Below are positions 8,623 to 19,676 of a stretch of DNA of 64,000 nt, one piece after another. Source of the stretch: Lancefieldella parvula. Its GTDB lineage: Bacteria > Actinomycetota > Coriobacteriia > Coriobacteriales > Atopobiaceae. The position numbers were made by a program, and so were the translations under genes. How positions within the stretch are numbered: position 1 is the stretch's first letter; each line of letters begins with the position of its first letter. The notes under the pieces were generated by a model. That model saw only the letters and a list, made by a program, of their open reading frames with translations, was not told the DNA's origin and ran no database searches. The stretch covers positions 18,635 to 82,634 of the forward strand of contig NZ_CAUUSI010000004.1 in the NCBI RefSeq assembly GCF_963547875.1, read 5' to 3'.

Positions 8623-10068
8623 TTACAGGTCAAGCTGCATCAGGCGAGCAATGCTGACAATGTAGATCTTAAGAGCACGCTTGAGCCATTCCTCAGAGAT
8701 TCCCTCGTCAGGACCGTGCTCCATACCAACCCACTCAGGCAGATCTTTTGCAGCTTTGCTGTCATAAGGACCAAAGGCAACGGCACGCTTAAAGTGACGT
8801 GCATAGGTGCCGCCACCGATAACAAACGCCTGCTCTTTGCTTCCTGTGTACTCATGGAACGTATCAAGAAGGGTAGTAATCTCAGGAGAGCTTGGGTCAA
8901 TGTAGAAAGGAACTGCATCGGAAAGAACCTCAAAGGTGCAACCATGCTCGGCGCCCAACTCAGTCATACGAGCAGTAATTGCCTCGCCGGTGGTAGAGGT
9001 TGGATAGCGGGAGTCAATAGTCTGTACGTACACATCACCCTTGGTACGGATGGTACCAGAGATGCAGGTCAGAGGACCAAACTTGTCGTCAGCGCTCTGG
9101 ATGCCCGTACCAGTACCGTCAGTAGTTGAGCAAAGCTGCTGCGAGAAGGTCAAGAAGTCACGCTCTGCCTCTCCACAGAGGTTGTTATCAAGCAGGTAGG
9201 TTACAAGCAGGCCAATTGCGTTGACAGTTCCTTCAGGCATGGAAGCGTGTCCGCCCTTACCTGTTGCGTTAATGCGAGCAAGCTTGGTGCCATCATCTTC
9301 AACGCCTGCGTCCTCAACCTTAATGGAATCAGTGTCAGCCAAGGTAGATGCGTCAGCGCGAATAAGTGCGCTTGCAAGACCTGGGATAGCGTTAGGTACG
9401 GTACCACCGTCAAGCTCAACGATCTTCTCGCTGTGTGTGCCAGCAATCTTTGGAGAAGTGAACTGAGCGTGGTACACGCCCTTCTCGCCGCAAATAAGAG
9501 GGAACTCAGCGTCTGGAGTAAAGCAGAATGCTGGCTCTGGATACTTGGAGAGATAGTAAGGGACGTCGCCCATGCCGGTCTCTTCGTTGTTACCAACAAT
9601 GGCGCGCAAGGTGTAAGGAAGCTTCTTGCCAGTCTTTTTTACCTGCTCAACAAAGTAGTGTGCTGCCCAGAGTGAGAGTGCCAGAGGACCCTTGTCGTCC
9701 AGAACGCCGCGCCCCAGAATAAAGCCCTCACGGCGGGTAACGTCAAGCGGGTCTACCGTCCATCCCTTACCAAGAGGAACAATGTCGGAGTGAGCGATGG
9801 TAGCAAGGTACTTCTCGGACTCACCAGGAAGGTCACCAAAGCCCAGATAGCCGTCTACGTCTGTGGTCTCAAGGCCTAGACGCTCTGCAATCTCAAGACC
9901 GCGGTGAAGTGCCTCATAAGACTTAGGACCCCAAGGCTTGCCAGGCTCTGCAAGGGACAGATCCTCAACGGACTCTACCTGCACAAGGTAGCGAATATCC
10001 TCAATAATCTCTTCCCAGTGCTCGTTAACAAACGCCTCGGCGCTTGCTTTGAGTTCTGCATCAGTCAT
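8623..10068 (-). CDS. pepV: M20-family dipeptidase (PepV/Sapep-like)
   Basis: Motifs seen are IAHSDIVP, GRGVLDDKGP and NNEETG, and the length (~480 aa) fits. The start was set at MTDAELK, which follows an AAGGAG RBS. Confidence 0.85.
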   Translation of the reverse strand: MTDAELKASAEAFVNEHWEEIIEDIRYLVQVESVEDLSLAEPGKPWGPKSYEALHRGLEIAERLGLETTDVDGYLGFGDLPGESEKYLATIAHSDIVPLGKGWTVDPLDVTRREGFILGRGVLDDKGPLALSLWAAHYFVEQVKKTGKKLPYTLRAIVGNNEETGMGDVPYYLSKYPEPAFCFTPDAEFPLICGEKGVYHAQFTSPKIAGTHSEKIVELDGGTVPNAIPGLASALIRADASTLADTDSIKVEDAGVEDDGTKLARINATGKGGHASMPEGTVNAIGLLVTYLLDNNLCGEAERDFLTFSQQLCSTTDGTGTGIQSADDKFGPLTCISGTIRTKGDVYVQTIDSRYPTSTTGEAITARMTELGAEHGCTFEVLSDAVPFYIDPSSPEITTLLDTFHEYTGSKEQAFVIGGGTYARHFKRAVAFGPYDSKAAKDLPEWVGMEHGPDEGISEEWLKRALKIYIVSIARLMQLDL

Positions 10069-10212
10069 GAAAAACTCCTTTAATTCAAACGTTTGACCCT
10101 GAAACATATGGAGAGCAGCGGTTTTAGCGACATCTCGCGTATGAAATAGCCAAGGTCGGGAACAAGGTACTAGTTACACTATACTTAATACCCCTTCTCA
10201 AAGGAGTTAACT

Positions 10213-10734
10213 ATGACGAAAAAGACTTTTATTGGAAACGCATCATTTCTTGGCGTTTTAACGGTTTTGGGAATTGTTTTGATGGTTCTTAGGCAAACGC
10301 TGCCTCAAGACCCTTCTACACCGCTGTTCTATTCCTATTTTGTTGCGCCAATCATGCTGTATTTTGGCATTGCTGGCCTGGTAGGTCTGCTTATTGCACG
10401 CAATACGGGTTTCTCGTTGACTAAGACAGTGGCAGTTGTACTGCGCGCTCTTGCAGCAGTCCTCTTTGTGCTGCCATTCTTTTTCTTCCTGATTGTAGTG
10501 CTCCCTTGGACTCTTCTCCGAGGACTTTTTGCCCTCTTGATGGTTGTCATGCTCTATGCTCCATGGTTCTGGACGCTCTTTGGCCTGTTCTATGGCTTAA
10601 GCTGGGCTCAGCAGAAGGTTATTGAAGACGTCACTGCTGATCCATTTGCAGAAGATACGGAAGCTCAGACAGCCGCTGGCGAGAAGAACGGTGTAGCTGA
10701 TACAGATACAGCTAACGAAGACGCAGCCAACTAA
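10213..10734 (+). CDS. Small hypothetical membrane protein (4 TM segments, acidic C-tail)
   Basis: An AAGGAG RBS is present. The body is hydrophobic and the tail is acidic. It lies directly upstream of the fused ABC gene. Confidence 0.6.
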   Translation: MTKKTFIGNASFLGVLTVLGIVLMVLRQTLPQDPSTPLFYSYFVAPIMLYFGIAGLVGLLIARNTGFSLTKTVAVVLRALAAVLFVLPFFFFLIVVLPWTLLRGLFALLMVVMLYAPWFWTLFGLFYGLSWAQQKVIEDVTADPFAEDTEAQTAAGEKNGVADTDTANEDAAN

Positions 10735-10781
10735 CAGGAAAGTCCCGCGCTCCATACAGTCCAACAAGAAAGAAGCAACGC

Positions 10782-13700
10782 GTGCTTGAGCTTAAAGGTA
10801 TTTCAAAGCGTTACAACACTGGTGGATTTGAACAAACTGCAATGGACCATATTTCCGTTGCGTTTAGGGATAACGAGTTTGTAGCAATCCTTGGTCCTTC
10901 GGGCTCGGGTAAGACTACTATGCTCAATGTCATTGGTGGTCTTGATCGCTTTGACTCAGGAGATTTGCTGGTAGATGGTATTTCTACCAAGAAGTTCAAA
11001 GAGCGAGACTGGGATACCTATAGAAACAACCGCATTGGTTTTGTATTCCAGGCCTATAACCTTATTCCTCATCAAAGCGTGGTAAGTAACGTTGAGCTTG
11101 CATTGACACTTTCTGGCGTTTCTAAGTCAGAACGTCATGAACGTGCGCTTGAAGCCCTTGATAAGGTTGGCCTTAAAGCGCACGCAAATAAGCGCCCAAA
11201 TCAGCTTTCTGGCGGACAGATGCAGCGCGTGGCTATTGCTCGTGCGCTGGTAAATGATCCAGAGATTTTGCTGGCAGATGAGCCAACAGGAGCACTTGAC
11301 TCTTCAACATCCGTACAGGTTATGGATTTGCTCAAAGAGGTGGCCAAGGACCGTTTAGTTATCATGGTTACGCATAATCCTGAGCTGGCTCATCAGTATG
11401 CAACGCGTATTGTTGAACTGGCAGATGGTCAGGTAACTGCTGATTCAGATCCATTTGATGTTGCAAGCGTTGCTCGTCGAGAAGCCAAGCCTTCTCGCAA
11501 GACCTCTATGTCGCTTCTGACTGCACTGGGTCTCTCGTTTAATAACCTCATGACCAAAAAGGGTCGCACGCTCATGACCGCATTTGCGGGCTCAATTGGC
11601 ATTATTGGTATTGCAGCAATTCTGGCGCTGGCAAATGGTGCAAACGGTTACATCAAAAAGGTTGAGGAGGATACGCTTTCAATGTATCCACTCACCATCT
11701 CTGAACAGTCCGTTAATATTTCTTCCTTTATTTCTGGAAGTGGAAGCAGCTCTGACTCGGCTGATTCTCAAACGCAAGATGCACAAAGCGAGATGACGCA
11801 AAATCAGAAAAATGCAGAAGCTGCAAAGCTAGAAAATCAACCTGCTGAAGGTGCTATTCCTACTAACAACAGGCTAGGTATGCAGGCTGAAAGTATTGGT
11901 TCTAATGACCTGACCAGCTTGAAGGCTTTTCTCGACAATAATGGCGGCGGCATTAACACGTATGCCAGCGCTATTACGTATGGCTATTCTGTAAGCCCCT
12001 TCATCTACCTGCCGGCAGGCGCGGACTCTGGCTCTTCTGATCCTGTTCAGGTGCAGCCAGACGTTACTTTCTCTAAGGTATCGCCTAAGATTCCGTCATA
12101 TAGTCCACTGGCTTCTTTTGCAAGTACATCGCTTTTTGGTGAGCTTCCTGGCAATCCTTCTATTTACGAGGATCGCTATACTGTTCGAGCTGGTAGATGG
12201 CCTACTGCTTGGAACGAGGCTGTTTTGGTGTTGCGTCCAAACGGCACCATGGATGATTTTTTGGAGTATACGCTTGGCCTGCGTGATTACGCTGGTCTGC
12301 GCTCTACCGTTGATAAAATTGCAAGTGGAGAATCTGGCACTATCGAAGAGTCTCATAGTACATACACCTACGAGCAGTTGATGTCTCCAACGTTTAAGCT
12401 GGTTATGCCTAATCAACGTTATGTTTGGGATAGTAATCTTGGTGTCTGGACAGACAAATCCGATGATCAGTCATACATGAATAACCTCATTGCCAATGCA
12501 CCTGACCTGCATATTGTTGGTGTTGTTCAGGCAAAAGACCCAACTACCACGGGAGCGCTTTCTGAGGGCATTTACTACACACCACAACTGACTCAGAAGA
12601 TGATTTCTGATGCAGAGACATCTCCTATTGTCCAGGATCAGATGAATCGTCCAGATGTTGACGTTTTCACTGGTAAAACCTTTGAGGACGAGAAGAACGG
12701 TCAAACTTCTGAGGGACTTTCTATCAGCTCTCTCATTTCCGTTGATTCTAACGTGCTGTCTTCGGCGTTTAACTTTAATTCACAGGCGCTGAACTTCTCG
12801 TCAATTAATCTGTCTGGTTTGGATATGTCCTCGCTTGACCTTTCTGACGTGCAGTTACCTGCTTTTGATCCGTCACAGCTTAATTTGTCTGATAGCGATG
12901 TTCTGTCTTCTGTTACGTCTTCGCTTGATCCAGCTGCGCTGGCGGCGGCTTTCCCAGAGCTCTCTGCAGCAGACATTCAGCAGATTCTTTCTGGCATTAC
13001 CGTTAATTTCAAACCAGGGGGACAAGCTGCTATTTCTTCGCTCATGGGCAATATTGCTCTGGGATGGAACTCTTGGAGCGCCGCTAATCCCGGTAAGACC
13101 ATGGCAGACTACCTTGCAACAGATCAGGTACGTACGCAGATTGTAACTACGGTTTCTTCTGCGGTTGATACCGATGACCTGCAGCAACAGCTGGTTAGTG
13201 CTCTAGCAAATAAGCTGGGAACCAACCCAGACCTTCCAAGTGTTCAGGCTGAGGTTTCTCAGAGGCTTATGAGTGCTTATCAATCACAGATTGCAAGTAC
13301 ACTTTCTACAGCTATTACGCGTGCTATGAGCGTATATGTACAGTCCGCGTTGACAAGCGTGATGACGCAGGTTGCTTCAAGAATGCAAAATCAGATTGCA
13401 GGCGCACTCAATACAGCTATGCAGGGCGTTGTGGCAAATATGTCCAATGCAATGCAGGTAGATCAAGCAACGCTCGCAAGTGCCTTTAAGCTCAATGCTG
13501 ACCCATCGCAGCTAGCAGCTATTGCTGCGTCAATGCTAAGGGCAACGCCAGCAACGTATGAGTCAAATCTTTCTAAGATGGGATATGCGGACCTTAATAA
13601 GCCCACGTCAATCAACATTTATCCGAAAGACTTTGCAAGTAAAGAAAAGATTGTTGAAATTCTTAATACGTACAACGCTGACGCAAAGGCTGCTGGCGAA

Positions 13701-14174
13701 GAGTCTAAGGTAATTACCTATACCGACATTGTCGGTGCGCTGATGAGCTCTGTTACGCTGATTGTGGATATGATTTCTGCGATGCTTATTGCATTTGTAT
13801 CTATCTCGCTTGTTGTTTCTAGCATCATGATTGGCATCATTACGTTTATCTCGGTCCTTGAACGTAAAAAGGAAATTGGTATTTTGCGCTCCATTGGTGC
13901 TTCCAGGCGAGACATTGCCAACGTATTCAACGCGGAGACGTTTATCGAAGGTCTTATTTCTGGTGTTATGGGTATTGGCATTACGCAGCTACTCATTTTG
14001 CCCGCAAATGCTGTGGTCAAAGCCATGTTTAACGTAGACAACCTGGTGGTCTTGCCGCTGAATGGTGCGCTCATTTTGATTCTGATTAGCGTTGTCTTGA
14101 CGCTCCTTGCAGGTCTTATTCCTGCAGGTAGGGCAGCTAAGTCCGATCCAGTTCAGGCACTGAGAAGCGAGTAG
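10782..14174 (+). CDS. Fused ABC transporter: MacB/LolD-type ATPase, ~700-aa extracytoplasmic region and C-terminal FtsX permease domain
   Basis: Walker A is GPSGSGKTT, the signature is [15 protein letters not shown] and Walker B is [14 protein letters not shown] segment follows near aa 270. The C-terminus has the FtsX-type pattern ([17 protein letters not shown]) with 3 TM segments. The start codon is GTG. Confidence 0.85.
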   Translation: MLELKGISKRYNTGGFEQTAMDHISVAFRDNEFVAILGPSGSGKTTMLNVIGGLDRFDSGDLLVDGISTKKFKERDWDTYRNNRIGFVFQAYNLIPHQSVVSNVELALTLSGVSKSERHERALEALDKVGLKAHANKRPNQLSGGQMQRVAIARALVNDPEILLADEPTGALDSSTSVQVMDLLKEVAKDRLVIMVTHNPELAHQYATRIVELADGQVTADSDPFDVASVARREAKPSRKTSMSLLTALGLSFNNLMTKKGRTLMTAFAGSIGIIGIAAILALANGANGYIKKVEEDTLSMYPLTISEQSVNISSFISGSGSSSDSADSQTQDAQSEMTQNQKNAEAAKLENQPAEGAIPTNNRLGMQAESIGSNDLTSLKAFLDNNGGGINTYASAITYGYSVSPFIYLPAGADSGSSDPVQVQPDVTFSKVSPKIPSYSPLASFASTSLFGELPGNPSIYEDRYTVRAGRWPTAWNEAVLVLRPNGTMDDFLEYTLGLRDYAGLRSTVDKIASGESGTIEESHSTYTYEQLMSPTFKLVMPNQRYVWDSNLGVWTDKSDDQSYMNNLIANAPDLHIVGVVQAKDPTTTGALSEGIYYTPQLTQKMISDAETSPIVQDQMNRPDVDVFTGKTFEDEKNGQTSEGLSISSLISVDSNVLSSAFNFNSQALNFSSINLSGLDMSSLDLSDVQLPAFDPSQLNLSDSDVLSSVTSSLDPAALAAAFPELSAADIQQILSGITVNFKPGGQAAISSLMGNIALGWNSWSAANPGKTMADYLATDQVRTQIVTTVSSAVDTDDLQQQLVSALANKLGTNPDLPSVQAEVSQRLMSAYQSQIASTLSTAITRAMSVYVQSALTSVMTQVASRMQNQIAGALNTAMQGVVANMSNAMQVDQATLASAFKLNADPSQLAAIAASMLRATPATYESNLSKMGYADLNKPTSINIYPKDFASKEKIVEILNTYNADAKAAGEESKVITYTDIVGALMSSVTLIVDMISAMLIAFVSISLVVSSIMIGIITFISVLERKKEIGILRSIGASRRDIANVFNAETFIEGLISGVMGIGITQLLILPANAVVKAMFNVDNLVVLPLNGALILILISVVLTLLAGLIPAGRAAKSDPVQALRSE

Positions 14175-14236
14175 CCTACTGCCTAAGCGCGTCATCTGGC
14201 GAGAAGGTCGTCGAGCGGTACGTTTTACCTCACAAG

Positions 14237-14272
14237 AAAAGCCCTGTCATACGCGTGTATGACAGGGCTTTT
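14237..14272. terminator. Bidirectional hairpin terminator
   Basis: AAAAGCCCTGTCATAC-gcgt-GTATGACAGGGCTTTT lies between convergent genes and has A/T runs on both sides. Confidence 0.7.
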
Positions 14273-14296
14273 ACGTTTTTATTGCAGCTACCAGGC

Positions 14297-17254
14297 CTAG
14301 TTCTCCTGGCCGTCAAAGAGGTCGACAACCTCAAGACCAAGCTTGGAGGCTTCAATGGCATCCTTTGCGCCAAAGACAACAATCGAGAGGTCATCATAGC
14401 TTTGAGGCATAGTGCTTCCCAGTGCCTTGATGTCTTCTACCTGGGCGTAAAGGATTTTCTCGCGAAGTTTACGCAAACGCTCTGGGTCACGGTGGTTGAA
14501 GTACTCAATGTCTTGCCTGCGAGCAAGCATGCGAGCGGGAACAGGAGCGTCAACGCCTGCAACAGAGGCAACTACGTAGCCCTCAAACTCGTCAGCGTCT
14601 GGAGTCCACTCAGAGAGCCAGCTACCTGCACCAACATAGCGGTCAAGGGTTGCATCAAGCGCAGGGTCTCGGTAGGAGACAAAGCTCTGCAGGCCAGCAA
14701 TAGAGTTTCTGAACATGACGCCATAAGCTCCGCCCTTAACGCGAACCTCGTTCCACAGGTAATCAAGACCCAGAACCCTGGTTGCAACAAGCCAGTTACC
14801 CTGCTGTTCATTGGTTGCGTGGGCAACGTTTGGATAGGAGAGACCAACATAAGAAACGTTTGACGGAATGAGGTAGGCCACGCGCTGCAATTTGCCTTCA
14901 GGAACAACAAGTGTCTGCGTTGCACTGTCTACTTGCGATTCATTGCCCTTCTTGAGGTTAAGATCTCCTGCTGTCTGCCAGAATGCCTCACGGCTCTGAG
15001 TGGAGCCGGTAAAGCTGATCGTAACGTTGTCTGCACGGAAAATCTTGCAAGTAAGCGCATCCAGGTCTTTTGCAAGCTGGGGAGCGCGCTCATCCCAGTT
15101 GGCAAGCAGGTTTTTCAGGTACTCGTAGAAGCCAACGCCTGCTAGGGCATCGTTTACGCGGCTAGCAGCAGAATAGGAGGTTAAAGCCTTATTTTGTGCT
15201 GCGGTATGACCAGCTCCCACAAAGTACTGCTCCTGCGCAATGCGACGCTGAATCAAGATGTTCTTGAGGCGGCCCAAGTCATCAAAACGCGTGCTGGACC
15301 AGACCTCAGAAGGAATGCTTGCAAGCCCCTGGGTTTTCTCGGCAAGGGCGCTTGCAGCAACAATAAAGGCGGGACGTGCCTGGTTAAGGGTGTCTTGGTC
15401 GTAGATATCTGTGAAGAACGAGAGGTGACCAAGGTTGCTCTCAATAAGAATATCAAGCTCGGATGCGGTATGTGTAGCCGTATCAAGCTTTCCCAGCGCC
15501 TCAGCAAGAATGCCCACAAGAGGTAGCTCTTCGAAGGTAACCGCGTGGGTCAAATCAAAGTAATGGTAGACGTAGTCGATGCCGTGAGTATCCAGCTCGT
15601 GCGCAATGCACGATAGGGGAGCTTCAACCTCAAAGCCAGCAGGACGCTCTCTACCTGCACCGATATCACTGAGCGAGAGGGACGGCAGCTTGGCTAAGTC
15701 TTCTGGAGCGTCAGGTGTTTCTTGCTCCAGACGCAGTGCCTCTACCTCTACGCGGATCTTCTCGACGTCCTCATCAGTGAGCGTGGAGCGAAGTTGTGCC
15801 AGTTCAGCGGCTTCTTCCTGAGCATCTCCCTCATCTGTGGGGACAAGCTCAACCTGAGCTGCGTGCTTGCTGTTGCAGATGAGCTCTAGAAGTAGCTTCT
15901 CAAAGCCCTTTTGAGCTGCAAGTTCTTTGACGTAGGCAATGGCGTCCTCGTAGCGGATGTAGTCCAGAGGGCGTGCGTCGTCATAGAGCCAGCTTGAAAG
16001 CGAACGCAGCGTGTACTCGATACCGTTTGAATACGGCTGATCATTCTCGCGCAGGTTAAACTCTGCAAGCGCGATGGAAGCGTTAAGTTTCTTTGGATCA
16101 ATGCCTTCGGAAGCAATCTTTTTGCAGGTGGTCTCCACCAGTTCACGGAATTTCTGAGCTGCACCTTCTTTAAGGCCTTTGAGCTGCAAGAAGAGCATAG
16201 GTTGGGCAAGGTCGTCGGAGAGATAGTAGCTAAAGTCATCGCCAAGCTCTGCGTCAAGAATTGCACGCTTAAGCGGGGATTCATTGGAGCCCATGAGGGT
16301 GTCAAACAAGATATCTGCTGCCATCATCTTATTGCGCTGGTCAGGCGTTCCGAGCACGTAGCCCAGGCCAACGCTGGAGTTGTCGGCTGTGGTGCTCATG
16401 CGGACCTGAGCAGGCTCGGGCAACACGGGTGCCTGCAGGTTAAGCGGATTAGGGGCACCTGCATCGCGTTTCTCGGCAGCTGCAAACCTCTGGGCAATGA
16501 AGGAGAGCTCACGCTCACAGTCAAGGTCGCCGTAGAGGAAGGTGTAGCTGTTAGAGAGATCGTAGTGGCGAGCGTGGGTGTCCAGGAAGTTCTCGTAGGT
16601 GAGCTCAGGGATTGCGCGAGGCTTGCCGCCAGACTCTTTGCCGTAGGCGGTATCAGGGAAGAGGGCCTCACTGACAGAATCGTAGAGCACGCGATCTGGG
16701 TCAGAGAGCGCACCCTTCATCTCGTTGAAGACAACGCCGTTGTAGCTAAGATTGCCCTGCTCGTCAGCTTCTAGGTGCCAGCCTTCCTGCTCAAAGATGC
16801 GCTTGCGCTTATAGATTGCAGGATGCAAGACAGCGTCCAGGTATACGCTCATGAGGTTTTCCAAGTCAGCTACATTTGTGCTGGCCACAGGGTATACCGT
16901 CTTGTCGGGGTAGGTCATTGCGTTCAAGAACGTCTGCATAGAGGTCTTGAGCAGGTTAACAAAAGGCTCCTTGACAGGATAGGCATCGGATCCACAGAGA
17001 ACAGAGTGCTCCAAGATGTGGAAGACGCCGGTGTGGTCTACAGGAGGGGTCTTAAAAGCAATGGCAAACGAGCGATTATCATCGTCGCAGGCAAACCACA
17101 TAAGGCGAGCACCTGTAGGAACATGCTTAAAGATGTAGACGTAGCCAGAAATCTCGTTAACCCACTCAGCTGAGATTACCTCAAAGCTCTTGTCTTCTGC
17201 ATGAAGCGTACCAACAGAAAACGCACTGTCCATCTGCGAATACTTGGATGTCAT
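14297..17254 (-). CDS. M16 (insulinase/PreP-like) zinc metallopeptidase, ~985 aa
   Basis: The HxxEH zinc motif is present as HILEHSVLCGS, followed by a downstream FNEMKG. The size matches M16C enzymes. The start is ambiguous, with candidates at 17317, 17254 and 17233. Confidence 0.85.
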   Translation of the reverse strand: MTSKYSQMDSAFSVGTLHAEDKSFEVISAEWVNEISGYVYIFKHVPTGARLMWFACDDDNRSFAIAFKTPPVDHTGVFHILEHSVLCGSDAYPVKEPFVNLLKTSMQTFLNAMTYPDKTVYPVASTNVADLENLMSVYLDAVLHPAIYKRKRIFEQEGWHLEADEQGNLSYNGVVFNEMKGALSDPDRVLYDSVSEALFPDTAYGKESGGKPRAIPELTYENFLDTHARHYDLSNSYTFLYGDLDCERELSFIAQRFAAAEKRDAGAPNPLNLQAPVLPEPAQVRMSTTADNSSVGLGYVLGTPDQRNKMMAADILFDTLMGSNESPLKRAILDAELGDDFSYYLSDDLAQPMLFLQLKGLKEGAAQKFRELVETTCKKIASEGIDPKKLNASIALAEFNLRENDQPYSNGIEYTLRSLSSWLYDDARPLDYIRYEDAIAYVKELAAQKGFEKLLLELICNSKHAAQVELVPTDEGDAQEEAAELAQLRSTLTDEDVEKIRVEVEALRLEQETPDAPEDLAKLPSLSLSDIGAGRERPAGFEVEAPLSCIAHELDTHGIDYVYHYFDLTHAVTFEELPLVGILAEALGKLDTATHTASELDILIESNLGHLSFFTDIYDQDTLNQARPAFIVAASALAEKTQGLASIPSEVWSSTRFDDLGRLKNILIQRRIAQEQYFVGAGHTAAQNKALTSYSAASRVNDALAGVGFYEYLKNLLANWDERAPQLAKDLDALTCKIFRADNVTISFTGSTQSREAFWQTAGDLNLKKGNESQVDSATQTLVVPEGKLQRVAYLIPSNVSYVGLSYPNVAHATNEQQGNWLVATRVLGLDYLWNEVRVKGGAYGVMFRNSIAGLQSFVSYRDPALDATLDRYVGAGSWLSEWTPDADEFEGYVVASVAGVDAPVPARMLARRQDIEYFNHRDPERLRKLREKILYAQVEDIKALGSTMPQSYDDLSIVVFGAKDAIEASKLGLEVVDLFDGQEN

Positions 17255-17446
17255 AAGCTGCCAATCTATACGAAACCTTACGTGAGCATCATTGCCGTTT
17301 TGGACCATCTTGCCCATCTGAACCGTTTGGAGACTTGAGACTCCGCACAAAGCAGGGTAAGGTGGATTTTTGTTATTGTGATACTACCGCGTCAGAGAAA
17401 AAGTGACACTTGTACCCGTATTTTGTAATGAAAGATTTATACCCAG

Positions 17447-18442
17447 ATGAATGGTTTCATTTCTCATGAGAGTGATGTGGAGTCTTCCAAGGCCGCAGAT
17501 GCTACAGAGGCTTCTGCAGAAGAGGAAGCACTTGGAAGCGATGACGCTGAAATAACCCCTGATAATAAGAAAAAAATCTATCGAGGAATGCTGTTTGTCT
17601 TGATTGGCGGAGCTTCCTGGGGCGCATTTGGAACCGCCGCAAAATACCTGCTAGATACTTATCATGTTGATCCCATGTGGTTAATTGATATTCGCGAGCT
17701 TTGTGCCTGCTGGTTATTCTTGGGAACCGCCTTTGCGTTGGATAGAAAAAATCTCACAACTGTCATCAGGAAGCCAAAAGAGCTGGCAAAGATTTTTGTA
17801 GTTAGTTTGTTTGCCATTTTATTCTCGCAAGTTGCTTACATTTACGCAGTTAATACCACTAATTCTGGAACTGCAACTATCATGCAGTCGTTGGGCATGT
17901 TGGGCGTTTTGGCCTTTGTGTGCGTGGTTGGTAGGCGCTGGCCTCGCCGTCGCGAGATTCTTGGCATTGTTTTGGCACTTATTGGCACATATCTTTTGGT
18001 AACAGGAGGAAATCCCGGCACGCTTAACCTGCCAACAGCAGGTATTTTCTGGGGCGTTATGTGTGCGTTTGCTCAGGCAGCCCTCTCCATTTTGCCCAAG
18101 CCTTTGATGGAGAAGTGGGGAAGCTTTACCGTAAACGGCCTTGCATTTTTGTTCTCTGGCACGCTCATCGCTGTTTTTTATCAGCCCTGGAATCACATGC
18201 CTCAGCTGGACGCCTTTGGTGTTTTGCTGGTAGTCATTGGTGTGTTGGTAGGAACGTTCTTGGCGTACGGCCTTTACCTGCAGGGTGTTAAGGACGCAGG
18301 CTCACTTAGGGCGGTTCTTCTGGGCACTATCGAGCCCGTTATGGCAACCATCACCACCGTATTGGCGCTGGGAATCACCTTTAGCGTTGCCGACCTCATC
18401 GGCTTTGCCCTCATCCTTGCCATGGTTGTGCTTACGGCGTAG
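17447..18442 (+). CDS. EamA/DMT family transporter
   Basis: About ten TM segments form two EamA-like halves. The N-terminus has the GGASWGAFGTAAKYLL motif. Confidence 0.8.
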   Translation: MNGFISHESDVESSKAADATEASAEEEALGSDDAEITPDNKKKIYRGMLFVLIGGASWGAFGTAAKYLLDTYHVDPMWLIDIRELCACWLFLGTAFALDRKNLTTVIRKPKELAKIFVVSLFAILFSQVAYIYAVNTTNSGTATIMQSLGMLGVLAFVCVVGRRWPRRREILGIVLALIGTYLLVTGGNPGTLNLPTAGIFWGVMCAFAQAALSILPKPLMEKWGSFTVNGLAFLFSGTLIAVFYQPWNHMPQLDAFGVLLVVIGVLVGTFLAYGLYLQGVKDAGSLRAVLLGTIEPVMATITTVLALGITFSVADLIGFALILAMVVLTA

Positions 18443-18554
18443 CCGCACCCGGAAGCGCCCTCGCACCCGCACTGCTCGCGCTGCCCGCCAGCTGGCGAGA
18501 AACCCGTCCACTCCAAGCTCAACTCAACCTACAAATCCCTCTGCGCCCGACAAC

Positions 18555-18583
18555 AAAACCCCGCAGCTAAACTGCGGGGTTTT
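18555..18583. terminator. Bidirectional hairpin terminator
   Basis: AAAACCCCGCAG-ctaaa-CTGCGGGGTTTT lies between convergent genes. Confidence 0.7.
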
Positions 18584-18614
18584 AACGTTCTCTAAAGGTT
18601 ATGTGGCCAGAAGC

Positions 18615-19676
18615 TTAGATGAGCTCCATCTGCGTAAGAACTGCCGAGTACCAGCCGTTTGGATTAGCTGGATTGTATTTTGCAGCACCAGAAACAGAAA
18701 GCCTTCCGCCATAACCAGCAGCAAGACCAGCCGTGTGATCCCAGATAGCCTCTTCCCAGCTACCCCAGCTTGAAGAACCCCAGCCCCATGCGTTGTAGGG
18801 GAGGAAGTTATACCTACCCTTTGTACTCTCAACTGCAGAAATAGCAGGCGATAAACGAGGATCAACGCCGTAGGCCCATGCAGCCTCGGCAAAGGTTGCG
18901 CCGTAGCCAGCAAGAGGGGAGCCAGCAAGATAGGCGTCAATTCGAGCGCCCCAGCTGCTTACAAAGTTGGTCTTATCGCTTGACCAATCAACATTTTGAG
19001 CTGAAGGAGTTGATGGGGTGGTGACTTCAGTGGTATTACCAGAAGCGTTGGTAAAGGTGGTCTCAGCAGAAGCCTCTTTTAGTGCTTCTTCTGCAGCAGC
19101 TGCTTCTGCTGCTGCCTGTTGAGCTTGCTCTGCCTGCAATTGCTCTCTTGTTGCAATTGCTGCATTCATAGCATCCTCAGCAGCCTTCTTCTGTTCCTCT
19201 GCTTCTGCCATCTGTGCATTTAAAGATGACTGAGTCTCAGAAAGCTCTTTGCTAAGATCAACCAGGTGGTTGATAGCATCTGAATTTTTGTTCTGGATAA
19301 TCTCAAGATACTGAATAACAGCAATCAAATCATTAAAGTTATCTGCCGATAAAAGCAGATCAATAATTCCCATAGAGCCCTGCTGCATGCGATACATTGC
19401 TCTAATGGACTCTGCAGCTTTTAAGCGCTGCTCTGGGAGTTGCTGTTCAATCTCTGCAATACGTGCCTCATTATCTGCAATCTGTTTTTGCAGTTCAGCC
19501 ACACGCTGATTGGCGGCATCGTAATCAGAATTGGTCTGCTCTACCTTGGCCTGGAGCTCTTCAAGAGTCTCTGCCTGAGCTCTTGAGACGCCAAACAAAA
19601 AGGTATTAACAACAAGCACTGCTGCAAGGAGTGCTGTCATAAGGGTAGAGCATGAAGGTAAGCGTCTGTGACGCAT
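18615..19676 (-). CDS. Secreted coiled-coil protein with a C-terminal putative glucosaminidase/muramidase-like domain (PcsB-like architecture)
   Basis: The signal-like N-terminus MRHRRLPSCSTLMTALLAAVLVVN...AQA is followed by ~200 aa of heptad-rich Q/E/A sequence. The C-terminus has GVDPRLSPAISAVESTKG...NAWGWG. The start was moved to the internal Met (track ORF 18615-19829). Confidence 0.6.
   Translation of the reverse strand: MRHRRLPSCSTLMTALLAAVLVVNTFLFGVSRAQAETLEELQAKVEQTNSDYDAANQRVAELQKQIADNEARIAEIEQQLPEQRLKAAESIRAMYRMQQGSMGIIDLLLSADNFNDLIAVIQYLEIIQNKNSDAINHLVDLSKELSETQSSLNAQMAEAEEQKKAAEDAMNAAIATREQLQAEQAQQAAAEAAAAEEALKEASAETTFTNASGNTTEVTTPSTPSAQNVDWSSDKTNFVSSWGARIDAYLAGSPLAGYGATFAEAAWAYGVDPRLSPAISAVESTKGRYNFLPYNAWGWGSSSWGSWEEAIWDHTAGLAAGYGGRLSVSGAAKYNPANPNGWYSAVLTQMELI

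Noticed and set aside
8527-9129. 200-aa plus-strand ORF beginning in the 8.5-kb hairpin
   Set aside because: Its start lies inside the terminator hairpin and most of it is antisense to pepV. It is not credible as a gene.
17255-17350. N-terminal extensions of track ORFs (for example 17350 for the M16 peptidase, 19829 for the coiled-coil protein, 30281 for the adhesin, 40347 for fba, 55088 on both strands)
   Set aside because: Internal starts have better RBS and give family-typical or signal-peptide N-termini. The extensions are probably untranslated leaders.
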